A DNA stretch of 58,663 nt. Origin: Patescibacteria group bacterium (lineage in GTDB: Bacteria > Patescibacteriota > Minisyncoccia > Phycocordibacterales > Phycocordibacteraceae). Numbering within the stretch: the stretch's first letter is position 1; every line of letters begins with the position of its first letter. The stretch spans positions 1 to 58,663 of the forward strand of contig JBBTWN010000002.1 of NCBI GenBank assembly GCA_038062735.1, given 5' to 3'. The notes beneath the pieces are model-generated. The model searched no databases, was not told the origin of the DNA, and saw only the letters and a program-made list of their open reading frames with translations. A program made the translations under genes and the position numbers. Below are positions 49,752 to 57,052 of the stretch, in pieces.

Positions 49752-49901
49752 ATGTCATTCAAAGCAAAAAACGGCCTCCTTCGTCGCACGTGGCGTGAGT
49801 GGGGGACAAAGGCAGACAGCAAGAGTCCCAAAAAAGCACGCGATACTGTCGGCGGTTGGGCCACAGGAATTGGCGGACTCGCTGTTTTTCTCATCCCGTA
49901 A
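49752..49901 (+). CDS. Small basic protein with a C-terminal TM helix (49 aa)
   Basis: MSFKAKNGLLRRTWREWGTKADSKSPKKARDTVGGWATGIGGLAVFLIP. In frame with track ORF 49716..49901, whose TTG is actually the -35 box. Confidence 0.4.
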   Translation: MSFKAKNGLLRRTWREWGTKADSKSPKKARDTVGGWATGIGGLAVFLIP

Positions 49902-49924
49902 ATAATCTGTTTGTGCTAGTATAA

Positions 49925-49951
49925 GGGTACCGCCACATCGGCGGCCCTTTT
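49925..49951 (+). terminator. GC hairpin + T-run between the small ORF and uvrA. It could be a terminator for 49752..49901 or a structured uvrA leader.
   Basis: CCGCC-acatc-GGCGG with flanking GGG/CCC, followed by TTTT and ending 5 nt before the uvrA ATG. A candidate -10 (tgctagtat, 49915-49923) lies upstream of the hairpin. Confidence 0.45.
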
Positions 49952-49955
49952 ACGT

Positions 49956-52652
49956 ATGAGCCCTAAAAAAGACGAACATTCTCACGACCCCGACCTCGGC
50001 ACCAATAAAATTGTGGTCCGAGGGGCCAAGACGCACAACTTGAAAAACATAGACGTCGAGATGCCGCGAAATAAACTCGTGGTTATTACGGGTGTATCAG
50101 GATCGGGCAAATCCTCTTTGGCATTCGACACCATCTTTGCTGAGGGACAACGCCGATACGTAGAGTCACTCTCGGCCTATGCGCGACAGTTTTTGAACCA
50201 GATGCAAAAACCGGATGTCGAAGAAATCACGGGCCTCTCGCCCGCAATCGCAATAGATCAGAAGTCTCGATCAAACAACCCCCGTTCGACGGTAGCGACG
50301 ATAACCGAGATTTATGACTACATGCGCATTTTGTATGCGCGTGTAGGTACGCCATACTGTTTACACGATGACGTCGCTATTCAAAAACTTTCAAAAGAGG
50401 AGATACTTAAAATCATTTTGCGTACCGTCGAATCAGTAGATGTAAAAAGTGGTTCGAAAAAAGCCGTTGGTGTCGCTTATTCTGATCAAAAGATACGCAT
50501 TTTAGCTCCGATCGTGCTAGGGCGGAAAGGCGAGTACTATCAGATGCTTTATGATCTTCTGGGTAAGGGGTATGAAGAGGTGGTGATTGATGGCAAGAAG
50601 CATAAGCTTCGTGAGCGCATCGAGCTCGATAAAAACAAAGTGCACGACATAGACGTGTTGGTGGATGAAATATTTATTAGCGAATTTGAAAAATCAAAAG
50701 TTGATGCTCGTGAACGTTTATCAGAGGCGGTCGAGCTCGCGCTTAAAGAGTCAAACGGATTAGTTAAAATCATTAATCCCTCTGGCGATGAGAGACTTTT
50801 GTCCGCAAAATTTATCTGTCCTATCGATGGGTCGTCATTTCCTGAAGTTGAGCCGCGGCTCTTTTCATTCAACTCGCCGTATGGTGCGTGCCCCGAGTGT
50901 AATGGGCTCGGCACCGTTGGTTTTTTCAACCTTGATGAGTGCCCCAAGTGTATGGGCGCACGCCTGCGCCCCGAGGCGCTTCGCGTCTACTTATCAAAAG
51001 CCCCCGCCTCTCTGAGCTCACTTTCTCGACCTTCAGGGAGGAGAGGGAACGGTGTCGAAAGTGACTCAGCAGAGACGGGGCCGGGGGTCAATATCGTAAC
51101 CCTTACACGTATGTCGATTATTGATGCGGCAGAGTACTTACAGACGCTGACCCTCACCAAGAAGCAAGAGGAGATATCGAATACGGTATTGAAGGAGATA
51201 CAAGCGCGTCTCCAGTTCATGATTAATGTCGGCATCGGTTATTTAACGCTCGATAGAACTGCAAACACGCTCTCCGGTGGTGAGGCACAGCGTATCCGCC
51301 TCGCGTCGCAACTGGGCTCGGGGCTCGTGGGAGCGCTCTATGTCTTGGACGAGCCGACCATTGGGCTCCACCAGCATGATAACGATCGGCTCATCAAAAC
51401 ACTCCTCAAACTGCGCGATCTTGGAAATACCATTATCGTCGTTGAACACGACGAAGACACCATTTACGCATCTGACTACATCGTAGATATCGGCCCCGGC
51501 GCGGGCGTGCATGGAGGGAACGTCGTCGTGACCGGGTGGCTGGATAAACTGTTAACGCAGAAAAAGAACGACTCGGATTCGTCAACACTCGCGTATTTGC
51601 GCGGCGAGAAAAAAATAAAAATCCCAAAGGAAAGGCGTGATAGTGAGCGCGGCGCTATAAAAGTGCGCCAGGCAAATATTTTTAATATTAAAAATATGGA
51701 CGTTGATATACCACTCGGGCGTCTCATTACCGTGACTGGTGTCTCGGGCTCGGGTAAGTCGTCATTCATGTATGAAATTCTTCATAAAAATCTCCGTGCA
51801 AAACTTGAGCGCAACTACCGCACGACCAAAGTGTATAACTGTTCGAGCTTTACAGGCACAGAATACTTATCACGGGTCATTCTCATTGATCAGTCGCCGA
51901 TTGGCCGCACCCCACGCTCAAACCCGGTGACGTACACGGGCGCTTTCACTCACATTCGTGACCTCTTTGCATCTTCGACCGAGGCACGCGCGAAAGGTTG
52001 GAAAGCATCGCGCTTTAGCTTCAATGTAAAAGGAGGGCGCTGTGAGGCATGCCAGGGTAACGGTACCGTCGCTGTCGAGATGCACTTTTTGCCCACGGTG
52101 TATGTCACGTGTGACGTGTGCGATGGCAAGCGATTTATGAAAGAGACTCTTGAAATCCAGTATAAGACAAAGAATATTGATGATGTGCTCCACATGACGA
52201 TTGAAGAGGCGCTCGACTTCTTTAAAGATATCCCCGCGATATCAGATCGGCTCGAGACCCTCATGAGCGTAGGCTTAGGCTATCTCGAACTGGGGCAGAG
52301 TGCGACGACGCTCTCGGGCGGTGAGGCGCAGCGCGTAAAAATATCTTCAGAAATGTATCGCCGGCACACGGAAAAAACAATCTATCTACTCGACGAGCCG
52401 ACTATCGGTCTCCACTACGACGATGTTAAAAAGCTTATTGAAATTTTACAAGGGCTCGTTGATAAAGGAAACACCGTTATGGTCATCGAGCACAATATGG
52501 ATCTTATAAAAAGTGCAGACCACATCATCGACATAGGGCCTGTGGGCGGAGTCGGTGGTGGAAAGGTTGTCGCTCGTGGCACGCCAGAAGAAGTGGCGCG
52601 CACCAAGGGCTCCTATACGGGTGACTACTTGAAAAAAGTCCTTAAGGCCTAG
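49956..52652 (+). CDS. uvrA: Excinuclease ABC subunit A
   Basis: Two ABC cassettes ('GVSGSGKSSLAFDT', 'GVSGSGKSSFMYE'; 'LSGGEAQRIRLA', 'LSGGEAQRVKIS'; 'YVLDEPTIGLH', 'YLLDEPTIGLH') plus zinc modules ('CPECNGLG', 'CEACQGNG...CDVCDGKR'). Confidence 0.95.
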   Translation: MSPKKDEHSHDPDLGTNKIVVRGAKTHNLKNIDVEMPRNKLVVITGVSGSGKSSLAFDTIFAEGQRRYVESLSAYARQFLNQMQKPDVEEITGLSPAIAIDQKSRSNNPRSTVATITEIYDYMRILYARVGTPYCLHDDVAIQKLSKEEILKIILRTVESVDVKSGSKKAVGVAYSDQKIRILAPIVLGRKGEYYQMLYDLLGKGYEEVVIDGKKHKLRERIELDKNKVHDIDVLVDEIFISEFEKSKVDARERLSEAVELALKESNGLVKIINPSGDERLLSAKFICPIDGSSFPEVEPRLFSFNSPYGACPECNGLGTVGFFNLDECPKCMGARLRPEALRVYLSKAPASLSSLSRPSGRRGNGVESDSAETGPGVNIVTLTRMSIIDAAEYLQTLTLTKKQEEISNTVLKEIQARLQFMINVGIGYLTLDRTANTLSGGEAQRIRLASQLGSGLVGALYVLDEPTIGLHQHDNDRLIKTLLKLRDLGNTIIVVEHDEDTIYASDYIVDIGPGAGVHGGNVVVTGWLDKLLTQKKNDSDSSTLAYLRGEKKIKIPKERRDSERGAIKVRQANIFNIKNMDVDIPLGRLITVTGVSGSGKSSFMYEILHKNLRAKLERNYRTTKVYNCSSFTGTEYLSRVILIDQSPIGRTPRSNPVTYTGAFTHIRDLFASSTEARAKGWKASRFSFNVKGGRCEACQGNGTVAVEMHFLPTVYVTCDVCDGKRFMKETLEIQYKTKNIDDVLHMTIEEALDFFKDIPAISDRLETLMSVGLGYLELGQSATTLSGGEAQRVKISSEMYRRHTEKTIYLLDEPTIGLHYDDVKKLIEILQGLVDKGNTVMVIEHNMDLIKSADHIIDIGPVGGVGGGKVVARGTPEEVARTKGSYTGDYLKKVLKA

Positions 52653-53041
52653 CGGCCGCGTTTACCGAGGTCGTCTCGTTTTCGTTTGTTCTTCCAATGT
52701 TTTGTGTCTTTAAAGATCTTATCGTCAGGGCTTTGTCGTTGAACCACAGGAGCATGCTCATGTTTTGCTATGTCCTTGCGAGGAAGCGCTGTTATAAGCC
52801 GGTCGGTTTTTTCTTTGTACACCACTGGCACCATCTGGCCTTGTATGCGCGCATAATAGTTGTGCGCACCCGTTGGACCTTTAACCCGAAGTGGTGCGAT
52901 GCCAGATTTCAAATCATTTTTGAGCTGGTCAACTTCTGCTCGGCTGAGCACAATTCCAAAACGATCAAATAGATTCTTCAAAAAATGCCATTCACGACTT
53001 GGTGAGAATGGATACTCCGACTGCTCCTCACCTCGGGCCAT
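52649..53041 (-). CDS. Hypothetical basic protein (130 aa), convergent with uvrA
   Basis: Clean ORF with a lysine/arginine-rich C-terminus (KHWKNKRKRDDLGKRGR). I recognise no motif. 4-nt tail overlap with uvrA. Confidence 0.4.
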   Translation of the reverse strand: MARGEEQSEYPFSPSREWHFLKNLFDRFGIVLSRAEVDQLKNDLKSGIAPLRVKGPTGAHNYYARIQGQMVPVVYKEKTDRLITALPRKDIAKHEHAPVVQRQSPDDKIFKDTKHWKNKRKRDDLGKRGR

Positions 53042-53125
53042 AGACTATCTATTGTTCAAGGCTGGTGAATGGCCCGTCTGACATATAGTCTGTATACCCT
53101 GTGTGGATAGGCTTTGTCAACGTGA

Positions 53126-53154
53126 TTGACAGGTAAAATACAGAGGTATACACT
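53126..53154 (+). promoter_or_regulatory. Promoter TTGACA-N17-TACACT upstream of 53181 (26-nt leader)
   Basis: ttgaca-ggtaaaatacagaggta-tacact read directly. Confidence 0.6.
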
Positions 53155-53180
53155 GCACCAATCAATAAAAATTTATAGGT

Positions 53181-53660
53181 ATGCCACAACGCGAACAAAA
53201 AGTTTTTGGACAAGTAGGTGAAGCACGAGCACGGCATAACGTCCGCGAGCTCGTCAAAAAAGTAGGCGAACCACTTCCTGCTCGCGAAATACATGCAGCC
53301 AATCAACCACCTGCTGCGCCCGACGAAGAAGTGTGGGAGACGCAGACGATTGTTCGTCGAACGGTGAATCCAGAACGTGACAAGGCATGGGTCAATCATG
53401 AGCGAATGACGGGTCGTTTGTTGGTTGGATTAATAGCCGGGGCTGTTACGGCATTTATTGCTGGCATTGAATCTCTTACTCTCCCTGTAACAGCAGTAGC
53501 TGCTATGTCGGGTTTTGTCGCCCTAGCATGGTTGGGGCTCGTGGTTACGGGTGTATGCGCTCTGGCGCTTCTTTGTAACTCGCTTGGAGCAGCATTTACA
53601 GGAATCAAACAGCCGCCGTACCCTGACTTCGAACACAAAGAACCCAAAAGAATAAGATAA
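53181..53660 (+). CDS. Orphan membrane protein (about 85-aa soluble N-terminus + 2-3 TM helices + 'PPY' tail)
   Basis: 'LLVGLIAGAVTAFIAGIESLTLPVTAVAAMSGFVALAWLGLVVTGVCALALLC' followed by 'IKQPPYPDFEHKEPKRIR'. Confidence 0.5.
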   Translation: MPQREQKVFGQVGEARARHNVRELVKKVGEPLPAREIHAANQPPAAPDEEVWETQTIVRRTVNPERDKAWVNHERMTGRLLVGLIAGAVTAFIAGIESLTLPVTAVAAMSGFVALAWLGLVVTGVCALALLCNSLGAAFTGIKQPPYPDFEHKEPKRIR

Positions 53661-53669
53661 TTCTATAGT

Positions 53670-54158
53670 ATGACCACTAAACAATTTGAACGCGTTAAGG
53701 TTGTAGAAAGAGTTAGTGCTAAGGGTCTCCGTGAGCTCGTAGCCCCATTTGAGGCGATGCCGCCAACTGAGTCGTTTGCTGCTGCGAAACCAAGGCCCGG
53801 CGATCGCAAAGAGGTAACTGTTTATAAAAAACGCCTTATCTACAAAAGGGATGATGCAAGAGAAGAGCAAGAATTACAGGCAAAAACAATGTATCGAAGA
53901 GCCGTGTGGTCAGGTATTCTCGCAGCTGCCCTCGTTATTTTTGGGCTGGTGGGTAAATTTGTAAGCGCTAAAGTTCTCGTTGGACTAGGATATGCGTCAG
54001 CGGCTGCCATAGTACATACGCTTGCAGTCTGGTCGTTTCCTCTTGTAATTCCAGCAATTTTGCTGACATTCGCTTTTGCAGCTTTGGGCGATGCACGTAA
54101 GCCTCCGTATCGACATCCATTACGAACTGAGGAGGAGAAGGAGACAACGATAGAATAA
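53670..54158 (+). CDS. Orphan membrane protein, likely paralogue of 53181..53660
   Basis: Same architecture. 'GLRELV' matches 'VRELV', TM block 'VWSGILAAALVIFGLVGKFVSAKVLVGLGYASAAAIVHTLAVWSFPLVIPAILLTFAFAAL', tail 'ARKPPYRHPLRTEEEKE'. Confidence 0.5.
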   Translation: MTTKQFERVKVVERVSAKGLRELVAPFEAMPPTESFAAAKPRPGDRKEVTVYKKRLIYKRDDAREEQELQAKTMYRRAVWSGILAAALVIFGLVGKFVSAKVLVGLGYASAAAIVHTLAVWSFPLVIPAILLTFAFAALGDARKPPYRHPLRTEEEKETTIE

Positions 54159-54176
54159 AAGACCTAGTTTCTTTGG

Positions 54177-54182
54177 TAGAAT
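54177..54182 (+). promoter_or_regulatory. -10 box TAGAAT 6 nt upstream of ATG 54189
   Basis: ggtagaat-tgatgc-ATG read directly. Confidence 0.5.
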
Positions 54183-54188
54183 TGATGC

Positions 54189-56372
54189 ATGCTGTTGAAT
54201 CGGTTAGACGTAACCGGCTTTAAGTCGTTTGCTAAAAAAACGTCATTTGATTTTGCGACCCCCGTGGTTGCTATTGTCGGCCCCAATGGGAGTGGAAAGA
54301 GTAACGTCGCCGAGTCCATCCGCTTTGTCTTAGGCGAGCAGAGCATGAAAAGCATGCGCGGTAAGCGCGGTGAGGACCTTATCTGGAACGGTACTGACCA
54401 GGTGGCGCGTGCGGGTAGGGCCTCGGTCGCGCTCGCGTTTGATAACCAAAAACGCTTTCTCCCCATCGACTTTGACGAGGTGGTTGTGGAGCGTGTCGTG
54501 CATCGTGACGGAGTGAACGAATACAAGCTGAACGGCTCGGTGGTGCGCCTCAAAGACATACTCGAGCTTTTGGCAGCAGCAAACATCGGCGAGAGTGGCC
54601 ACCACATCATCAGCCAGGGAGAAGCGGACCGCATCCTCACCGCCAGTCCAAAGGATAGACGCGAGATGCTTGAAGATGCGCTCGGCCTCAAAATGTACCA
54701 ATATCGGAAAGAAGAGGCGATACGTAAGTTAGACAAAACAGCAGAGAATATCCGCCAGGTAGAGGCCCTGATGCGCGAGGTTGCGCCACACATTCGATTT
54801 TTGAAAAAAGCAGTAGAAAAAATAGAGCGGGCAGAAGAAATCCGTGTCGCCGCACTCGACCGTTACCGGGTATATTTCAAACGTGAAGATGAGTACTTGA
54901 AGGGTCGTCGTGAGCATTTGAGTCACGAGTCAGCGAGCAAAAAATCACATCTCACGCTCATCGAGTCAAAGGTAAACGAGGCAAAGCAGACGCTTAAAAG
55001 CGGGGCCGCCGATCAGCGTGGCGCAGCTATCGTGACCTTGTCCCGTGATTTAGATGCAGCTCGCGCGCAGCATGCGACGGCGAGTTCACGCGCCGCGCGC
55101 ATTGATGGCCAGCTCGAGACGCTGCAAAAAGTGGTGCTCCGCGCCTCAGTCTCAGCTGAGGAGGTGGTTCGTCTCGCATCAGAGGGCGAAGCTCTGGTCG
55201 CCTCGTTTAAGGCTGGAACACTTAAAAATCCAGCCGAAGCGCTGCAAGCATTTATAGATCGCATCAAATCACTCACGCAGAGTGTCTCGAAGAGTGACGT
55301 CGACATTGATGCGTTAGTGCGCGAGCGCGAGGCAGCCGTGGCGGCTGAGGGCGAGGCTAAGAAAAAAGAAATTCAGCTTGAAGCTGAGCTCGCATCGATC
55401 CGTATTGAGCTCGAAGAAATGCGCAGTACTGATCGAGAGAAAGAGCGTATGCTCTTTGAACTCGCGAGCGAGGAGCGCGAGGTGCGCCATGAGCTTGCGA
55501 TCATGGACGCTGAAAAAGAGCGCCTTATGCTCGAAACACAAGAGTTTGAGCGAGAACTCGCAGAAGCGGTGCCTCTTATTGGGCGGGATGCTGTGCAGTA
55601 TCACGAAGTCGTTGCTGCGCCAGTAGAGCGTGTCGAACAAGAGCGTGAAAAGCGCGAGCTTGAAAAAATAAAAATTCGCCTTGAAGAGATGGGAGGAGCT
55701 GGCTCAGAAGATTTGATGAAAGAGTATACCGAGGCCAGCGAACGTGAAGCATACTTAACGCGCGAACTCGCCGATCTTTCAACTGCATCAGGTGAACTTC
55801 ATACCGTGATCGAGTCTTTGGAGTCAGAGCTACGCACCCGATTTGATTCTGGACTCGATGCAATTAATGACCAGTTCTCGCGTTTTTTTGGGTTGATGTT
55901 TGACGGCGGCTCGGCGAGCCTTGTGCGGCACAAAGAGCCGCTTAAAAAGCCGCGCATTACTGACGACGTTGAGGAAGAATATCAAGTCGAAGAAGACGAA
56001 GCGCCAACGGAGTTTGTCGAGGGTATTGAAGTGTCCCTCACCATCCCACGAAAGCGCATCAAATCACTCGTCATGCTCTCAGGGGGCGAGCGCGCGCTCA
56101 CGTCGATCGCACTTATCTTTGCAATGTCGAGTGTGAATCCACCACCGTTTCTTATTCTCGACGAGACCGATGCGGCACTCGACGAGGCGAACTCGAGGCG
56201 TTACGGCGACATGGTGAAGGCGCTCTCTGACAAGTCGCAACTCGTTGTTATCACGCACAACCGCGAGACCATGAGTAGGGCAGGTGTTTTGTACGGCGTC
56301 ACCATGGGCGGCGACGGTGTGTCTAAAGTTTTGTCGGTGAAGCTAGAAGAAGCCGTAAAGGTAGCAAAATAA
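54189..56372 (+). CDS. smc: SMC-family chromosome-condensation ATPase, unusually short (727 aa) with no recognisable hinge domain
   Basis: SMC N-head 'LDVTGFKSFAKKTSFDF...VAIVGPNGSGKSNVAESIRFVLGEQS'. C-head 'LSGGERALTSIALIFAM....PPPFLILDETDAALDEAN' and 'VITHNR.TM..A..LYGVTM'. The ~390 aa in between are almost entirely heptad-like Glu/Arg/Ala/Leu sequence. Confidence 0.8.
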   Translation: MLLNRLDVTGFKSFAKKTSFDFATPVVAIVGPNGSGKSNVAESIRFVLGEQSMKSMRGKRGEDLIWNGTDQVARAGRASVALAFDNQKRFLPIDFDEVVVERVVHRDGVNEYKLNGSVVRLKDILELLAAANIGESGHHIISQGEADRILTASPKDRREMLEDALGLKMYQYRKEEAIRKLDKTAENIRQVEALMREVAPHIRFLKKAVEKIERAEEIRVAALDRYRVYFKREDEYLKGRREHLSHESASKKSHLTLIESKVNEAKQTLKSGAADQRGAAIVTLSRDLDAARAQHATASSRAARIDGQLETLQKVVLRASVSAEEVVRLASEGEALVASFKAGTLKNPAEALQAFIDRIKSLTQSVSKSDVDIDALVREREAAVAAEGEAKKKEIQLEAELASIRIELEEMRSTDREKERMLFELASEEREVRHELAIMDAEKERLMLETQEFERELAEAVPLIGRDAVQYHEVVAAPVERVEQEREKRELEKIKIRLEEMGGAGSEDLMKEYTEASEREAYLTRELADLSTASGELHTVIESLESELRTRFDSGLDAINDQFSRFFGLMFDGGSASLVRHKEPLKKPRITDDVEEEYQVEEDEAPTEFVEGIEVSLTIPRKRIKSLVMLSGGERALTSIALIFAMSSVNPPPFLILDETDAALDEANSRRYGDMVKALSDKSQLVVITHNRETMSRAGVLYGVTMGGDGVSKVLSVKLEEAVKVAK

Positions 56373-56374
56373 TA

Positions 56375-56380
56375 TATACT
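56375..56380 (+). promoter_or_regulatory. -10 box TATACT 6 nt upstream of ATG 56387
   Basis: tatact-taattc-ATG read directly, 3 nt after the smc stop. Confidence 0.45.
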
Positions 56381-56386
56381 TAATTC

Positions 56387-56596
56387 ATGACGCAAGAATC
56401 TCAGAAAATTGCTGGCAAAAAACGTCCCATTTTCAATTTTCGAGTGGAGAAGGTTCCTATTCCTAATCTTTCTGAGGAGGCACAGCGTGATGTAGCTCGT
56501 TTTGTGAATCATGGGCTAGGCGTGATGCATCCCGACGATGTTGTTATCGGTGTAGAGGGATATCCCCGTACCGAATATATAAAAAAGTCTACATGA
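56387..56596 (+). CDS. Small hypothetical protein (69 aa)
   Basis: Open frame with a leaderless-type -10 box. No recognisable motif. Confidence 0.4.
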   Translation: MTQESQKIAGKKRPIFNFRVEKVPIPNLSEEAQRDVARFVNHGLGVMHPDDVVIGVEGYPRTEYIKKST

Positions 56597-56760
56597 TTGA
56601 AAATGCTTCAAAGCGTCTATCACTCCCACCGCTCGCGCCTGATCAGCGAGAATATTTGGAGCGATTATTGAAAGCGTCAGATATTCCAAAAGAGGAGCTA
56701 GATAAGGCTCGATTTTTCCCAAGCACTATTGTTGGTCCACCCTCGTTGCAATCAAAATAA
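56593..56760 (+). CDS. Possible small ORF (55 aa) translationally coupled to 56387..56596, absent from the track
   Basis: Its ATG overlaps the upstream TGA (acATGAtt). Translation: MIENASKRLSLPPLAPDQREYLERLLKASDIPKEELDKARFFPSTIVGPPSLQSK. Confidence 0.3.
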   Translation: MIENASKRLSLPPLAPDQREYLERLLKASDIPKEELDKARFFPSTIVGPPSLQSK

Positions 56761-56788
56761 GTAGTTTGCACAATAGAAATTTTTACGG

Positions 56789-56794
56789 CATACT
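56789..56794 (+). promoter_or_regulatory. -10-like box CATACT 6 nt upstream of ATG 56801
   Basis: catact-cgctgg-ATG read directly. Confidence 0.35.
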
Positions 56795-56800
56795 CGCTGG

Positions 56801-57052
56801 ATGGTAGAGCCGCGAAGATTTAGATTTAAGAGCGGGCCAGTGAGTCCACTCGAGCTCCAGCGCGAAGCGCTCCACACACGCATCGCAGAATTGCGAGCGA
56901 AAGCAAAGCGAGCAGGGCCACAGTTTGCAGCGGCACTCACGTCGTGCTCAAATCTCATTTGGGAGGAAAAAGGAAGAAAAGCACTTAATGCTCGCGCACG
57001 CATGCTTGATAGCATTGAAGTCAAAATTGAGAACGTGCTAAAGCACAGCTAG
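56801..57052 (+). CDS. Small hypothetical helical protein (83 aa)
   Basis: Open frame with a basic, helix-prone sequence (LELQREALHTRIAELRAKAKRAG...). Its stop abuts the stop of the convergent RNase R gene. Confidence 0.4.
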   Translation: MVEPRRFRFKSGPVSPLELQREALHTRIAELRAKAKRAGPQFAAALTSCSNLIWEEKGRKALNARARMLDSIEVKIENVLKHS

